In this document: positions 1-8,373 of the stretch, one piece after another
Position numbering within the stretch: position 1 is the stretch's first letter
Layout: every line of letters starts with the position of its first letter
Translations under genes and position numbers: made by a program
From: Actinomycetota bacterium
Lineage (GTDB): Bacteria; Actinomycetota; Thermoleophilia; Gaiellales; Gaiellaceae
NCBI GenBank assembly: GCA_013695385.1
Contig: JACDAN010000030.1
Location: 1 to 41,202, forward strand
Length of the DNA: 41,202 nucleotides
Direction of reading: 5' to 3'
Notes under the pieces: model-generated
Told to the model about the DNA's origin: nothing
The model's database searches: none
The model's input: the letters and a program-made list of their open reading frames with translations, nothing else

Positions 1-44
1 GCCCCCCGATCCGGTTACCAGCGTGAAGTAGTAGAGGCGCTCCT

Positions 45-64
45 GCCGGCCCCTCTGGGCCGGC
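45..64. terminator. Perfect GC hairpin (8-bp stem GCCGGCCC/GGGCCGGC, 4-nt loop)
   Basis: Read directly: 45-52 pairs with 57-64. It follows tandem TAG TAG at 29-34 on the + strand. There is no U-tract, so its function is uncertain. Confidence 0.3.
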
Positions 65-213
65 GGCGCGTAGCGCGTTATCCCCTACGCTGGCTAGGCG
101 GTTCCCTTTCGGTCCGGGGACACGCCCCTACCCGCTGGTACCTCCACTGCCCGTACTTGAAGAATCTGTCACTACCGGACCACCTCCTTTCCGCGGTAAC
201 CGAAATGTAGCTG

Positions 214-828
214 CTAGCCAGGAGGGCTTGGCGGAAGGTCCTCCCTGAGAACGACGGACAGTTCCAACCCGCGGTCGAGCGGGACCGTGACGGACTCGAG
301 CAGCGGGTCTGCCTGTCGAGCCCTCGAGTAGTCGCCGAGCGTCTCCTCGTGGGAGAGCACGTTGTCGGCGACGAAGAGCGCTCCGGGCTCGACCTTTGAC
401 CGTGCCAGCTGAAACAGCGGGTCGTAGTCGTCCTTCTCGGCGTCGAGAAAGACGAGATCGAAGACGTCGTCGATCGCCGGAAGCGCCTCGTAGGCGTCGC
501 CTTCGATCAGCTCGGCCGTGCCTTCGAGCCCGGCCTCGGCGACGTTCCGCCGCCAGGCTTCGCATTTCGACGGATCGTGCTCGAGCGAGAGCACCCGGCC
601 GCCGAGGTACCGGACGCCGGCGGCGAGCCAGAGCGTGGAGTATCCGCGAGAGCCCCCGATCTCGAGCACCTCGCAATCCGTCTGAGGAGCGACCAGCGAG
701 AAGAGGAACTGCCCGGTCGTTCTTACCACCTGACGGGCGCGCTGCTCGCGCGGAACCTCTCGAGCGCGCTCGTCGGCATCCTCGGCCTCGAGCCGCGCGA
801 GGACTGCGCGTACCCGGTCGTCGATCAT
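214..828 (-). CDS. SAM-dependent O-methyltransferase (class I, family-3 like)
   Basis: ORF 214..1263 trimmed to the ATG at 828 (MIDDRV), 8 nt after the Rieske stop. It has the glycine-rich SAM motif VLEIGGSRGYST and an acidic FLDAEKDDY motif. Confidence 0.8.
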   Translation of the reverse strand: MIDDRVRAVLARLEAEDADERAREVPREQRARQVVRTTGQFLFSLVAPQTDCEVLEIGGSRGYSTLWLAAGVRYLGGRVLSLEHDPSKCEAWRRNVAEAGLEGTAELIEGDAYEALPAIDDVFDLVFLDAEKDDYDPLFQLARSKVEPGALFVADNVLSHEETLGDYSRARQADPLLESVTVPLDRGLELSVVLREDLPPSPPG

Positions 829-836
829 GCGTCCAC

Positions 837-1148
837 CTAGACGTCTACCTTGACGACACCGTCTTCGACCACGACGGGGAACGTCTCCACCGGCTCGTAG
901 GCCGGAAGGGTCAACGCCTTGCCCGTGCGGATATCGAAGTTCGCGCCGTGACGCGGGCAGATTGCAACGCCGGTGGCCTCGTCGAAGTCGCCCTCCGCGA
1001 GCGGGCCGTCGTCGTGCGAGCAGCGGTCCTCCAGCGCGTAGTACTCGCCTGCAAGGTTGTAGACCCCGACGACGACCTGGCCGACGTGAACGATCTTGAC
1101 GGCGCCGGGCGGAAGCTCCTCGACAGGCCCGACCGTGATCAGCGCCAC
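837..1148 (-). CDS. Rieske [2Fe-2S] ferredoxin-like protein
   Basis: 103 aa with both Rieske ligand boxes, CSHDDGPL and CPRHGANF. It lies directly downstream of sufU. Confidence 0.85.
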   Translation of the reverse strand: MALITVGPVEELPPGAVKIVHVGQVVVGVYNLAGEYYALEDRCSHDDGPLAEGDFDEATGVAICPRHGANFDIRTGKALTLPAYEPVETFPVVVEDGVVKVDV

Positions 1149-1154
1149 CAGGAG

Positions 1155-1583
1155 CTAGGAGACCTTGAACTCTTCGTCCAGGCCGGCCCACTCGGCCGGG
1201 AGCGGCGTCCCCTTCGTCCGGTGGAGCGCGACCTTCAGGACTCCGAGACCGAGCAGAGCGCACTTCAGGCGGATCGGCGTGAGGGGTATTCCGATCTCCT
1301 CCAGCAGCTCGTCCTTCGAGAGCTCGCTGACCTCGGACGCCGTCCGGCCCTGGACCATCTCCATCAGCATCGAGGTGGACGCCTGGCTGATCGCACAGCC
1401 CCGCCCCGAGAACTTGGCCTCCTCGATCGTCTCGCCGTCGTCCTCGAACGAGACGTAGATGGCGACCTCGTCGCCGCAGAGCGGATTCATCCCCTCTGCG
1501 GAGGCATCGGCATCCTCGATCACCCCGTGCCCGCGAGGGTTCTTGTAGTGGTCGAGAATGACCTCGCGATAGAGATCTTCCAT
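1155..1583 (-). CDS. sufU: SufU/IscU-type sulfur acceptor-scaffold protein
   Basis: Contains NPLCGDE, GRGCAISQAS and LKCALL, the three conserved Cys. It starts 10 nt after the sufS stop. Confidence 0.9.
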   Translation of the reverse strand: MEDLYREVILDHYKNPRGHGVIEDADASAEGMNPLCGDEVAIYVSFEDDGETIEEAKFSGRGCAISQASTSMLMEMVQGRTASEVSELSKDELLEEIGIPLTPIRLKCALLGLGVLKVALHRTKGTPLPAEWAGLDEEFKVS

Positions 1584-1593
1584 GTAACTGAGG

Positions 1594-2874
1594 CTAGCCG
1601 AAGACTTTTCGCGCGCGGAGGAGCCCGTCGGTGAGACGGTCGATCTCGTCGGGCAGCGTGTACAGGTAGAAGCTCGCCCGATTCGTCGCAGCCACTCCGA
1701 GTCGCGTCATCAGCGGCTGGCAGCAGTGGTGGCCGGCGCGGATGGCGACCCCTTCCCAGTCGAGAACCTGGGCAACGTCGTGCGGGTGGATCCCGTCCAT
1801 GTTGAAGGCGGCGATCCCGGCTCTCCGCTCGGGCGGCGGCCCGTACATCTGGATGCCCGGAACAGCCGCCATGCGCTCCAGCGCGTATGCCACGAGATCG
1901 TGCTCGTATTGCTCGATCGCCTCGAGCCCGACCTCCAGGAGATAGTCGACGGCAGCTCCGAACCCGACCGCCTCGGCGATCGGCGACGTCCCCGCCTCGA
2001 ACTTGTGCGGGAGGTCGCCCCAGGTCGTCTCCTCGAACTGCACCTTGCGGATCATGTGTCCGCCGAGGTTGAACGGCTCCATCCGCTCGAGGAGCTCGCG
2101 CCGGCCCCAGACCGCGCCGGCGCCACTCGGGCCGCACATCTTGTGGGCGGAGAAGGCGAGGAAGTCGCAGCCGAGCGCCTGCACGTCGACCGCCCGGTGC
2201 GGGACCGCCTGGGCAGCGTCGACGACCATGGCGGCGCCCTGCTCGTGCGCCCATGCCGCCAGGCGCTCGACCGGGTTGACCGTGCCGAGGGCGTTCGAGA
2301 CGAGGTTGGCGGCGACGACCTTGACCTGCCCCTCGGCAGCGATCGCGTCGAGCGAATCCAGGTCGAGCTCGCCGGTATCGGTGAGCGAAATCATCCGGAA
2401 GCCGGCCCCGGTTCGCTTCGCGACGTACTGCCACGGGACGAAGTTCGAGTGGTGCTCGAGCTCGGTGACGACGACGAGATCCTCGGGGCCCAGGCTGGCG
2501 AGCCCGTAGCCGTAGGCGACGAGGTTCAGTCCTTCGGTCGCATTCCGGGTGAAGATGAGCTCGCGCGAGCTCGGGGCGTTGACGAAGCGGGCGACCTTCT
2601 CGCGCGCGCCCTCGAATGCCTCCGTGGCCCGCTCCGCGAGCGTGTACACCCCCCGGTGCACGTTCGCGTGCGACGTCTCGTAGAAGTGCGTCATCGCGTC
2701 CAGCACTTGCCGCGGCTTCTGCGCGGTGGCCGCCGAATCGAGGTATGCGAGGGGCTTGCCGTTGATCTCCTGCTGCAGGATGGGGAAGTCGGCGCGCAAC
2801 TTGCGAGCATCGAGCGCCGCACGGGTCTCTACGGCCACAGGCTCATCGTACGCCGGGCATGCGGTCAGCCGCAA
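1594..2874 (-). CDS. sufS: Cysteine desulfurase SufS (class V aminotransferase)
   Basis: Contains LDSAATAQKP, the PLP-Lys region FSAHKMCGPSG and the active-site loop RAGHHCCQP. The start is ambiguous: TTG at 2874 or in-frame GTG at 2838. Confidence 0.9.
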   Translation of the reverse strand: MRLTACPAYDEPVAVETRAALDARKLRADFPILQQEINGKPLAYLDSAATAQKPRQVLDAMTHFYETSHANVHRGVYTLAERATEAFEGAREKVARFVNAPSSRELIFTRNATEGLNLVAYGYGLASLGPEDLVVVTELEHHSNFVPWQYVAKRTGAGFRMISLTDTGELDLDSLDAIAAEGQVKVVAANLVSNALGTVNPVERLAAWAHEQGAAMVVDAAQAVPHRAVDVQALGCDFLAFSAHKMCGPSGAGAVWGRRELLERMEPFNLGGHMIRKVQFEETTWGDLPHKFEAGTSPIAEAVGFGAAVDYLLEVGLEAIEQYEHDLVAYALERMAAVPGIQMYGPPPERRAGIAAFNMDGIHPHDVAQVLDWEGVAIRAGHHCCQPLMTRLGVAATNRASFYLYTLPDEIDRLTDGLLRARKVFG

Positions 2875-2896
2875 CGCGCTCTACCCTTTGACCAAC

Positions 2897-4273
2897 GTGA
2901 GATCGGCCCTACCCCTGATTGCGCTCGTCGTTCTCCTCACAGCCTGCGGCGGCAAGGGCGGCGGGGATGAATCGCAGAGTTCGGGCCTGGGCGCGGGCGT
3001 GTACGCAGACGCCGGCTGTGGCAGCTGCCACACGTTCGAGGCGGCGGGCTCCAAGGGCTCGATCGGCCCGAACCTCGACGAGACCGACACCAGCGTCGAG
3101 GAGGCCGTCGACCAGATCAGTAGGGGTGGAAACGGCATGCCCGCCTTCGGCGACGACCTGAGCGAGGAGGAGATCCAGCAGGTCGCGGAATTCGTCTCGG
3201 GCGGTGAAGGATCCGCCGCCGGGGCCGAGGGCGGCGCGGTCGTCGGACCTTTCAGGCCCAGCTCCCAGAGGCTGGCAGGATGCCTCGACGCGGACTGCCG
3301 TCGGCAAGCGTTCGGCAACATCGCGTTTCGCGAGGGGCCGAAGCCGGCCCTCGACCTGTTCGAGGAAAAGCAGAAAGACGACTCCGCCGTCGAGTCGGAC
3401 TGCCATCGAATCGCCCACACCATCGGCTCTGCGTCGTTGCAGCACTTCGATGGCAGCGTCGCCGGCGCCCTCTCCGCAGGGCGGGCAACGTGCTGGTCGG
3501 GCTATTACCACGGGGTCGTCGAGCACGCCTTCAACGGGACACGCAGGCCGGCACTCGGCGAGAAGTCGCGCTCGATCTGCGTCGGCGACGACATTCGGCG
3601 CACGAGCTTCATCGCGTACCAGTGCGTCCACGGGCTCGGTCACGGCCTGATGATCCACACGGGCTACGACCTGCCCGAGTCCCTGCGTGTCTGCGACGAG
3701 CTCTCGACCGACTGGGACCAGACGTCGTGCCACGCGGGGGTCTTCATGGAGAACGTCTCGTCCTCGTACGGCATCAAGTCGAAGTGGCTCCGAGACAACG
3801 ACCTGATCTACCCGTGCAACTTCGTCAAGGAGCGGCACAAGCTCTACTGCTACCTGATGGCGACCTCCCGGATCCTGGCCGCGAACGGCTACGACTGGAA
3901 GAAAACGGTGGCGACCTGCCACGAGAGCGACGAGGGCTGGGTCGCGACCTGCATGCAGTCGCTCGGCCGCGACGCCTCGGGGACGACTCGGCAGAACACC
4001 ACCCGCATCCTCGAGATCTGCTCGCTCGCAAAGGGCATGGCTCGGGAATGCGTGTACGGCGCGGCGCGCGACATCGTTTCGAACGACGCGGGGCCGAAGC
4101 GCGCGATCCCGCTCTGCGAGGGCTCACCGCAGTCCATGCGGGCGTACTGCTTCGAGGGAATTGGCACGATCCTCGGGGGCATGCGCGTCCAGCGCGACGA
4201 GCGGCGCACCGCCTGCCGCCGGGTGACGCAGCGCTACTTCGAGGACTGCGCGCGCGGCGCGGTCGCGCTGTAG
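2897..4273 (+). CDS. Lipoprotein: N-terminal monohaem cytochrome c fused to a Cys-rich repeat domain of unknown function
   Basis: ORF 2726..4273 trimmed to the in-frame GTG at 2897. It has a signal peptide plus lipobox LLTAC, the haem motif CGSCH, and GGNGMPAF. About 280 aa follow, carrying repeated C-x2-G-x-G-like units. Confidence 0.75.
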   Translation: MRSALPLIALVVLLTACGGKGGGDESQSSGLGAGVYADAGCGSCHTFEAAGSKGSIGPNLDETDTSVEEAVDQISRGGNGMPAFGDDLSEEEIQQVAEFVSGGEGSAAGAEGGAVVGPFRPSSQRLAGCLDADCRRQAFGNIAFREGPKPALDLFEEKQKDDSAVESDCHRIAHTIGSASLQHFDGSVAGALSAGRATCWSGYYHGVVEHAFNGTRRPALGEKSRSICVGDDIRRTSFIAYQCVHGLGHGLMIHTGYDLPESLRVCDELSTDWDQTSCHAGVFMENVSSSYGIKSKWLRDNDLIYPCNFVKERHKLYCYLMATSRILAANGYDWKKTVATCHESDEGWVATCMQSLGRDASGTTRQNTTRILEICSLAKGMARECVYGAARDIVSNDAGPKRAIPLCEGSPQSMRAYCFEGIGTILGGMRVQRDERRTACRRVTQRYFEDCARGAVAL

Positions 4274-4797
4274 AACGCGGCTGCGGCGATCAGGCCGGGA
4301 ACGAGGCCGACCAGCGGGAGCCAGCCGGGAGCACCCGGGACGGCATCGCTCCATTCCACGGCCAGGACACCTGCCGTGAGCGACGCCAGTCCGGCTGCAC
4401 CGGCGCCGGTGAAGAGCGCCAGACGCCGGACTGCGAAGAGCGTCGAGAGGGCGGCGAGCGCCGCGAGCACGAGGATTGCATCGCGCTTCCAGGCCAAACT
4501 GAAGGGAAGCTCGCCCTCGGGCCAGGGGGCTGGCGGCAACCAGTTCTCGGGCGCGCCGTAGAACGACGGCACCATCGACGCGACCGCAGCCGCCAGCAGC
4601 AGCTGACCCAGCCGCAGGCGCCTCGGCGTCCGGAAGCCGACGGCCACCTCCTCGGTGGTGCCGAAGCGGCGGATCGCCTCCTCTTCACCGTGCGCCTCGG
4701 CAGCCTGCCGCAGGTGGTCCTCGGCCTCGGCGAGGACCTGCGTCCGGCGGCGCCTCGGGAGTCGTGCGGCCAGCTCGGCGAGATAGCGGTCGATCAT
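4234..4797 (-). CDS. PadR-associated membrane protein (HAAS/DUF1700-like N-terminus, multi-TM C-terminus)
   Basis: The ATG at 4797 overlaps the padR stop (ATGA). The N-terminus MIDRYLAELAARLP...AEAEDHL is typical of PadR partner proteins. The C-terminal half is hydrophobic. Confidence 0.65.
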   Translation of the reverse strand: MIDRYLAELAARLPRRRRTQVLAEAEDHLRQAAEAHGEEEAIRRFGTTEEVAVGFRTPRRLRLGQLLLAAAVASMVPSFYGAPENWLPPAPWPEGELPFSLAWKRDAILVLAALAALSTLFAVRRLALFTGAGAAGLASLTAGVLAVEWSDAVPGAPGWLPLVGLVPGLIAAAAFYSATAPRAQSSK

Positions 4798-5102
4798 CCG
4801 ATCACCGCCTGGACTGCTCCGGCGTAGGCACGCCACTCGGCTCGCCGCTTCGCCAGCTGCGTGCGCCCACGCCGCGTCAGGGAGTATGTGCGTCGCCTTC
4901 GCCCGCCGACCTCCGTCCACCTGCTCCCCAGGAGTCCCGACCGCTCGAGGCGGTGCAGTGCGGGGTACACGGTTCCCTCCGCGAGGTCGAAGTCGCCGTC
5001 ACTGCGGTCGCGGAGACGCTCGATCACGGCATAGCCGTGCGCGGGGCCTTTCTCCAGAACGGAGAGAAGCATTCCTTCGAGTGGGGCGCGGTCGAGTTCC
5101 AT
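4794..5102 (-). CDS. PadR-family transcriptional regulator
   Basis: Contains LLSVLEKGPAHGYAVIERL...GTVYPALHRLERSGLL, a winged-helix PadR signature. The start may be 5102 (MELD) or 5126. Confidence 0.85.
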   Translation of the reverse strand: MELDRAPLEGMLLSVLEKGPAHGYAVIERLRDRSDGDFDLAEGTVYPALHRLERSGLLGSRWTEVGGRRRRTYSLTRRGRTQLAKRRAEWRAYAGAVQAVIG

Positions 5103-5130
5103 ACCTAGCCATCCTAGGTATAGCACAGGG

Positions 5131-6756
5131 TCAACCGAATGTGAAGGCGTACGCGCTGATGCCTCGCGAGAAACGCAGCTCGAGCAGTCCCTCCCTGACA
5201 GGCCCGAGCTCGAGGAGCGTGTAGAGCCTCGGCTCTCCCCGGACGTCCACCGTCTTCTGCCGCCGGCCGTCGAGGAAGGTCTCGACCTCTCCCTTCCCGC
5301 CCAGGACGAGGTGCACCTCTCCGGCCGTGAAGCGGAGCCGTATGCGTGCCCGTTGGCCGGTGACGAGCCGCTCTGGCTCGACCCGCATCCGTCCGTCCAA
5401 CGCGAGCTCGTCGGGTATGAGGGGCCTCTTCGGGAACCGATAGCTCGCGTCCAGCCCCGGGGCGAGGCGGCCGGCGAAGCGCGCGATCCGCTCGTAGCCC
5501 AGGTAGGACTCGGGCGTGATGCGAGCCGTCAGCTCACGCTCTTCGCCGCCGTCCGCGTCACCGGTGACCTCCGGGCCGAGGTAGCGACGAATCTGCTCCT
5601 CGGTCTCGTCGTAGGCCCCCTCGCCGAAGTGGAAGTAACGCACCCGTCCGGTTCGGTCGATCAGGTACTTCGCCGGCCAGTACTCGTTCGCGTACGCGGT
5701 CCAGGTGGCGAAGTCGTTGTCGAGCGCAACCGGGTAGCGAATCCCCTGCTTGCGGACAGCGGTTCGCACATTGTCCGGAACGCGCTCGAATGCGAACTCG
5801 GGAGAGTGCACGCCGACGATCGTCAGGCCATCATCGCGGTACGCGCGGTCCCAGGCCTTCAGATGGGGGAACGTACGCAGGCAGTTGATGCACGAGTAGG
5901 TCCAGAAGTCGACGAGGACGACCCGTCCGCGAAGAGCTTTCAGGCTGAGCGGCTCGCTGTTGATCCACCCGACGATGCCCTGGAACTCCGGGGCGAGCCG
6001 CATCTCTGCCGCGGCCGCCACGGGAGGCCCGGAGCCCACACGGCGGAGCTTCGCGAGCTCGCGTCGAGCCGTGGAGCTGCGCTCGATCTTGTCCTGAAGT
6101 GCCTGGGTGTAGCCGGGGACCGCCGTGGCAAGCCGTTGATCGACCCCGAGCGTGATCGCAAGAGCCGACGCCGCGAGCAGGGCTCCGGCCGCCCGACGCG
6201 TTCCCTCGGCGTGACGGCGCAAGACGCCGATCGCGTGTGTCAGGCGGCGGCTACCGACGGCGATCGCCAGCATCGGCAGCGCATGGCCGGCGGAATAGGC
6301 AAGCGCAACGATGAACGTCTCGAGCCCGCCGCCCCCGGTCGCCGAAAGGGCCGTGACAGCTCCGAGCACGGGGCCGGCACACGGGACGAAGACCAGCCCG
6401 AGGCTCATCCCGAGGACGAAGCCGTTGCTCTCGGCCCGCGGTCGCCTGCGTCCGAGAAAGAGCAGCGGACGCTCGGCCAGGCGAGCGAGGGGCGGGACGA
6501 GCAGCGTCGCCGCGAACATGAAGAGCAGCACGATCGCCAGGTTCCTGAGCGCGTCCTGGGGCAGCCCGAGCCAGTTGAGGAGCGAAGCCCCGACCACGGT
6601 GAACACGCTGAAGCTGCCGACGAGCCCGAGGATGATGCCGTAGGGCCGCCGGCCGGACGCACCACCCGCGAGCAGGATCGGCAGCACCGGCAGCACGCAC
6701 GGGGAGAGCGCCGTGATCACGCCGGCGAGAAAGGCGATCCCGAGAAGGACTACCAC
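5131..6756 (-). CDS. dipZ: DipZ-like cytochrome c biogenesis protein (CcdA/DsbD membrane domain + thioredoxin-like domain + C-terminal beta domain)
   Basis: GTG start. The N-terminal TM region has LSPCVLP and VPCAGP Cys motifs. The thioredoxin fold carries WTYSCINCLRT (CxxC). The C-terminal extension matches that of mycobacterial DipZ. Confidence 0.8.
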   Translation of the reverse strand: MVVLLGIAFLAGVITALSPCVLPVLPILLAGGASGRRPYGIILGLVGSFSVFTVVGASLLNWLGLPQDALRNLAIVLLFMFAATLLVPPLARLAERPLLFLGRRRPRAESNGFVLGMSLGLVFVPCAGPVLGAVTALSATGGGGLETFIVALAYSAGHALPMLAIAVGSRRLTHAIGVLRRHAEGTRRAAGALLAASALAITLGVDQRLATAVPGYTQALQDKIERSSTARRELAKLRRVGSGPPVAAAAEMRLAPEFQGIVGWINSEPLSLKALRGRVVLVDFWTYSCINCLRTFPHLKAWDRAYRDDGLTIVGVHSPEFAFERVPDNVRTAVRKQGIRYPVALDNDFATWTAYANEYWPAKYLIDRTGRVRYFHFGEGAYDETEEQIRRYLGPEVTGDADGGEERELTARITPESYLGYERIARFAGRLAPGLDASYRFPKRPLIPDELALDGRMRVEPERLVTGQRARIRLRFTAGEVHLVLGGKGEVETFLDGRRQKTVDVRGEPRLYTLLELGPVREGLLELRFSRGISAYAFTFG

Positions 6757-6840
6757 CGGCTCAGAGTAGGGAGGCGGCTGTTACAGGAGCGTTAACTCGC
6801 GAGGGGCAGCGTGAAACGGGGCCTGACGGGGTGAAACGCT

Positions 6841-8025
6841 TTACGCCTGCGGGATGCGGGCCTCGAGGGCCTCGCCGAGCGCCTCGCGCACCGGCTCCAG
6901 GCCGATGCGGTCCAGCACGTCCGAGAAGAAACCGCGGACGATCAGCCGTTCCGCCTCGCTGCGGGGAAGCCCGCGCGCCATCAGGTAGAAGAGCTGCTCC
7001 CGGTCGACCTGACTGACCGTCGCGCCGTGCGTGCAGCGGACGTCGTTCGCGAGAATCTCCAGGCCGGGAATCGGAACCGCGTGCGTCGTCGGCGAGAGCA
7101 TCAGGTTGCGGTTCTCCTGGTAGGCGTTCGTCCGCTGGGCCTCCTTCTCGACGTGGATCATCCCGCGCCAAACAGCGGTCGCCCGGTCGCGGAGCGCGCC
7201 CTTGAATGCGAAGTCGGAAGTCGTGTTCGGGGCGACGTGGAGCTGGTAGGTGTCGTAGTCGAGGTGCTGGTCGCCGTCGGCGAAGTACGCGCCGGTCACC
7301 CGGGAGGTCGCGCCCGGCCCGGTCAAATCGTTCTGGATCCAGACCTTGCCCTTCTTCGACCCGAAGCCCCCGGCGACCCAGTCCAGCTCGGCGTCGCGCC
7401 CGACGCGGGCGTGGTGCGAGGCAAAGTGCCAGGTCTCCTGGGACAGGCTCTGCAGCGAGACGTACTCGAGGGTGGCGCCCTGCTCGACGAAGAGCTCGGC
7501 GACCACATTCGTGTAGCCCGAGAGCTCCGGTGAGGACGAGGCGTACTCCTCGATCAGCGTGAAGCGGCTTCCCTCCTCGGCGATCACGAGCAGGCGGAAG
7601 AAGAGCGACCCGCCCTCGACCGAGTTGCCGATCCGAACCGCGAGCGGCTGCTCGAGCTCGACACCGGCTGGAACGACCACCAGCAGTCCGTGTTCCCAGA
7701 CGGCGGCGTTGTGCGCCGCGAACTTCTCGTCGGTCCCGACGAGCTTGCCGAGCTGCTCGTGATCCGTGAACGGCGCAAACGTGATCCGCTCGTCCGGCGC
7801 CTTCGCGACCGAGAGGCCGCTCTCCCCAACGATCGCCAGGCCGGCCACGTCGAGATCGAGCATCGCCTCGCCCGGACCGGTCTCGGTACCCGGCACCGAG
7901 ACATGGCCGTTTCGGCCATAGGTCTCGGGATCGAACCCGCGCAGGTTCGTGAAGCGCCAGTGCTCGTCGGTCGTGGTCGGCAGGGGAAGCTCGGCGTAGC
8001 GAGCCGCGGCGGCGACCCTATCCAT
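6841..8025 (-). CDS. sufD: Fe-S cluster assembly protein SufD
   Basis: ORF 6841..8097 trimmed to the ATG at 8025 (MDRVAAAARYAELPLPTTTDEHWRFTNL). The C-terminus reads ...TVSQVDREQLFYLMARGLPRSEAERLIVRGF, typical of SufB/SufD. Confidence 0.85.
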   Translation of the reverse strand: MDRVAAAARYAELPLPTTTDEHWRFTNLRGFDPETYGRNGHVSVPGTETGPGEAMLDLDVAGLAIVGESGLSVAKAPDERITFAPFTDHEQLGKLVGTDEKFAAHNAAVWEHGLLVVVPAGVELEQPLAVRIGNSVEGGSLFFRLLVIAEEGSRFTLIEEYASSSPELSGYTNVVAELFVEQGATLEYVSLQSLSQETWHFASHHARVGRDAELDWVAGGFGSKKGKVWIQNDLTGPGATSRVTGAYFADGDQHLDYDTYQLHVAPNTTSDFAFKGALRDRATAVWRGMIHVEKEAQRTNAYQENRNLMLSPTTHAVPIPGLEILANDVRCTHGATVSQVDREQLFYLMARGLPRSEAERLIVRGFFSDVLDRIGLEPVREALGEALEARIPQA

Positions 8026-8299
8026 GAGGTGTGTAGCGCTTGTGCAGGATGAGCACGTTGCCCTCCGTGTCCTTGACGAATCCCATGTGACAGACACCGG
8101 AGTCCTGAACGCCGATGATCTCGGCCCCCTTTGCGCCCAGCTCCTGGATTGCAGCGTGGACGTCGGGAACCCGAAGGGCCACGCCGGCGGTGTTCGGTTG
8201 GAACTCCTCGCCGTCCGACTCCGGGTGCCACAGGCCGATCGTCACGTTCGACGTCTCGAACTCGTTCGGCGTGTGCGGGCTCTCAGGCAATCCGAGCAT
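8018..8299 (-). CDS. VOC (glyoxalase/bleomycin-resistance fold) family protein; N-terminus unresolved
   Basis: 93-aa ORF ending ...GVCHMGFVKDTEGNVLILHK. The in-frame upstream sequence to 8377 ([26 protein letters not shown]) looks like the missing first VOC beta-alpha unit but has no ATG, GTG or TTG. The 3' end overlaps the sufD start by 8 nt. Confidence 0.6.
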   Translation of the reverse strand: MLGLPESPHTPNEFETSNVTIGLWHPESDGEEFQPNTAGVALRVPDVHAAIQELGAKGAEIIGVQDSGVCHMGFVKDTEGNVLILHKRYTPHG

Positions 8300-8373
8300 C
8301 TCGCCATAGAACGCGCGAGCCCGGTCGAGATCGCGAACGGGGACCGAGACGAAGTCGACCCGCTCGACCTTGA

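Noticed and set aside
396-1634. 412-aa plus-strand ORF across the methyltransferase, Rieske and sufU genes
   Set aside because: It is an Arg-rich nonsense translation antisense to three motif-supported genes.
3280-4827. 515-aa plus-strand ORF in an alternative frame of the cytochrome c fusion and HAAS genes
   Set aside because: It has low-complexity Arg/Gly/Pro composition and no motifs. The competing frames are supported.
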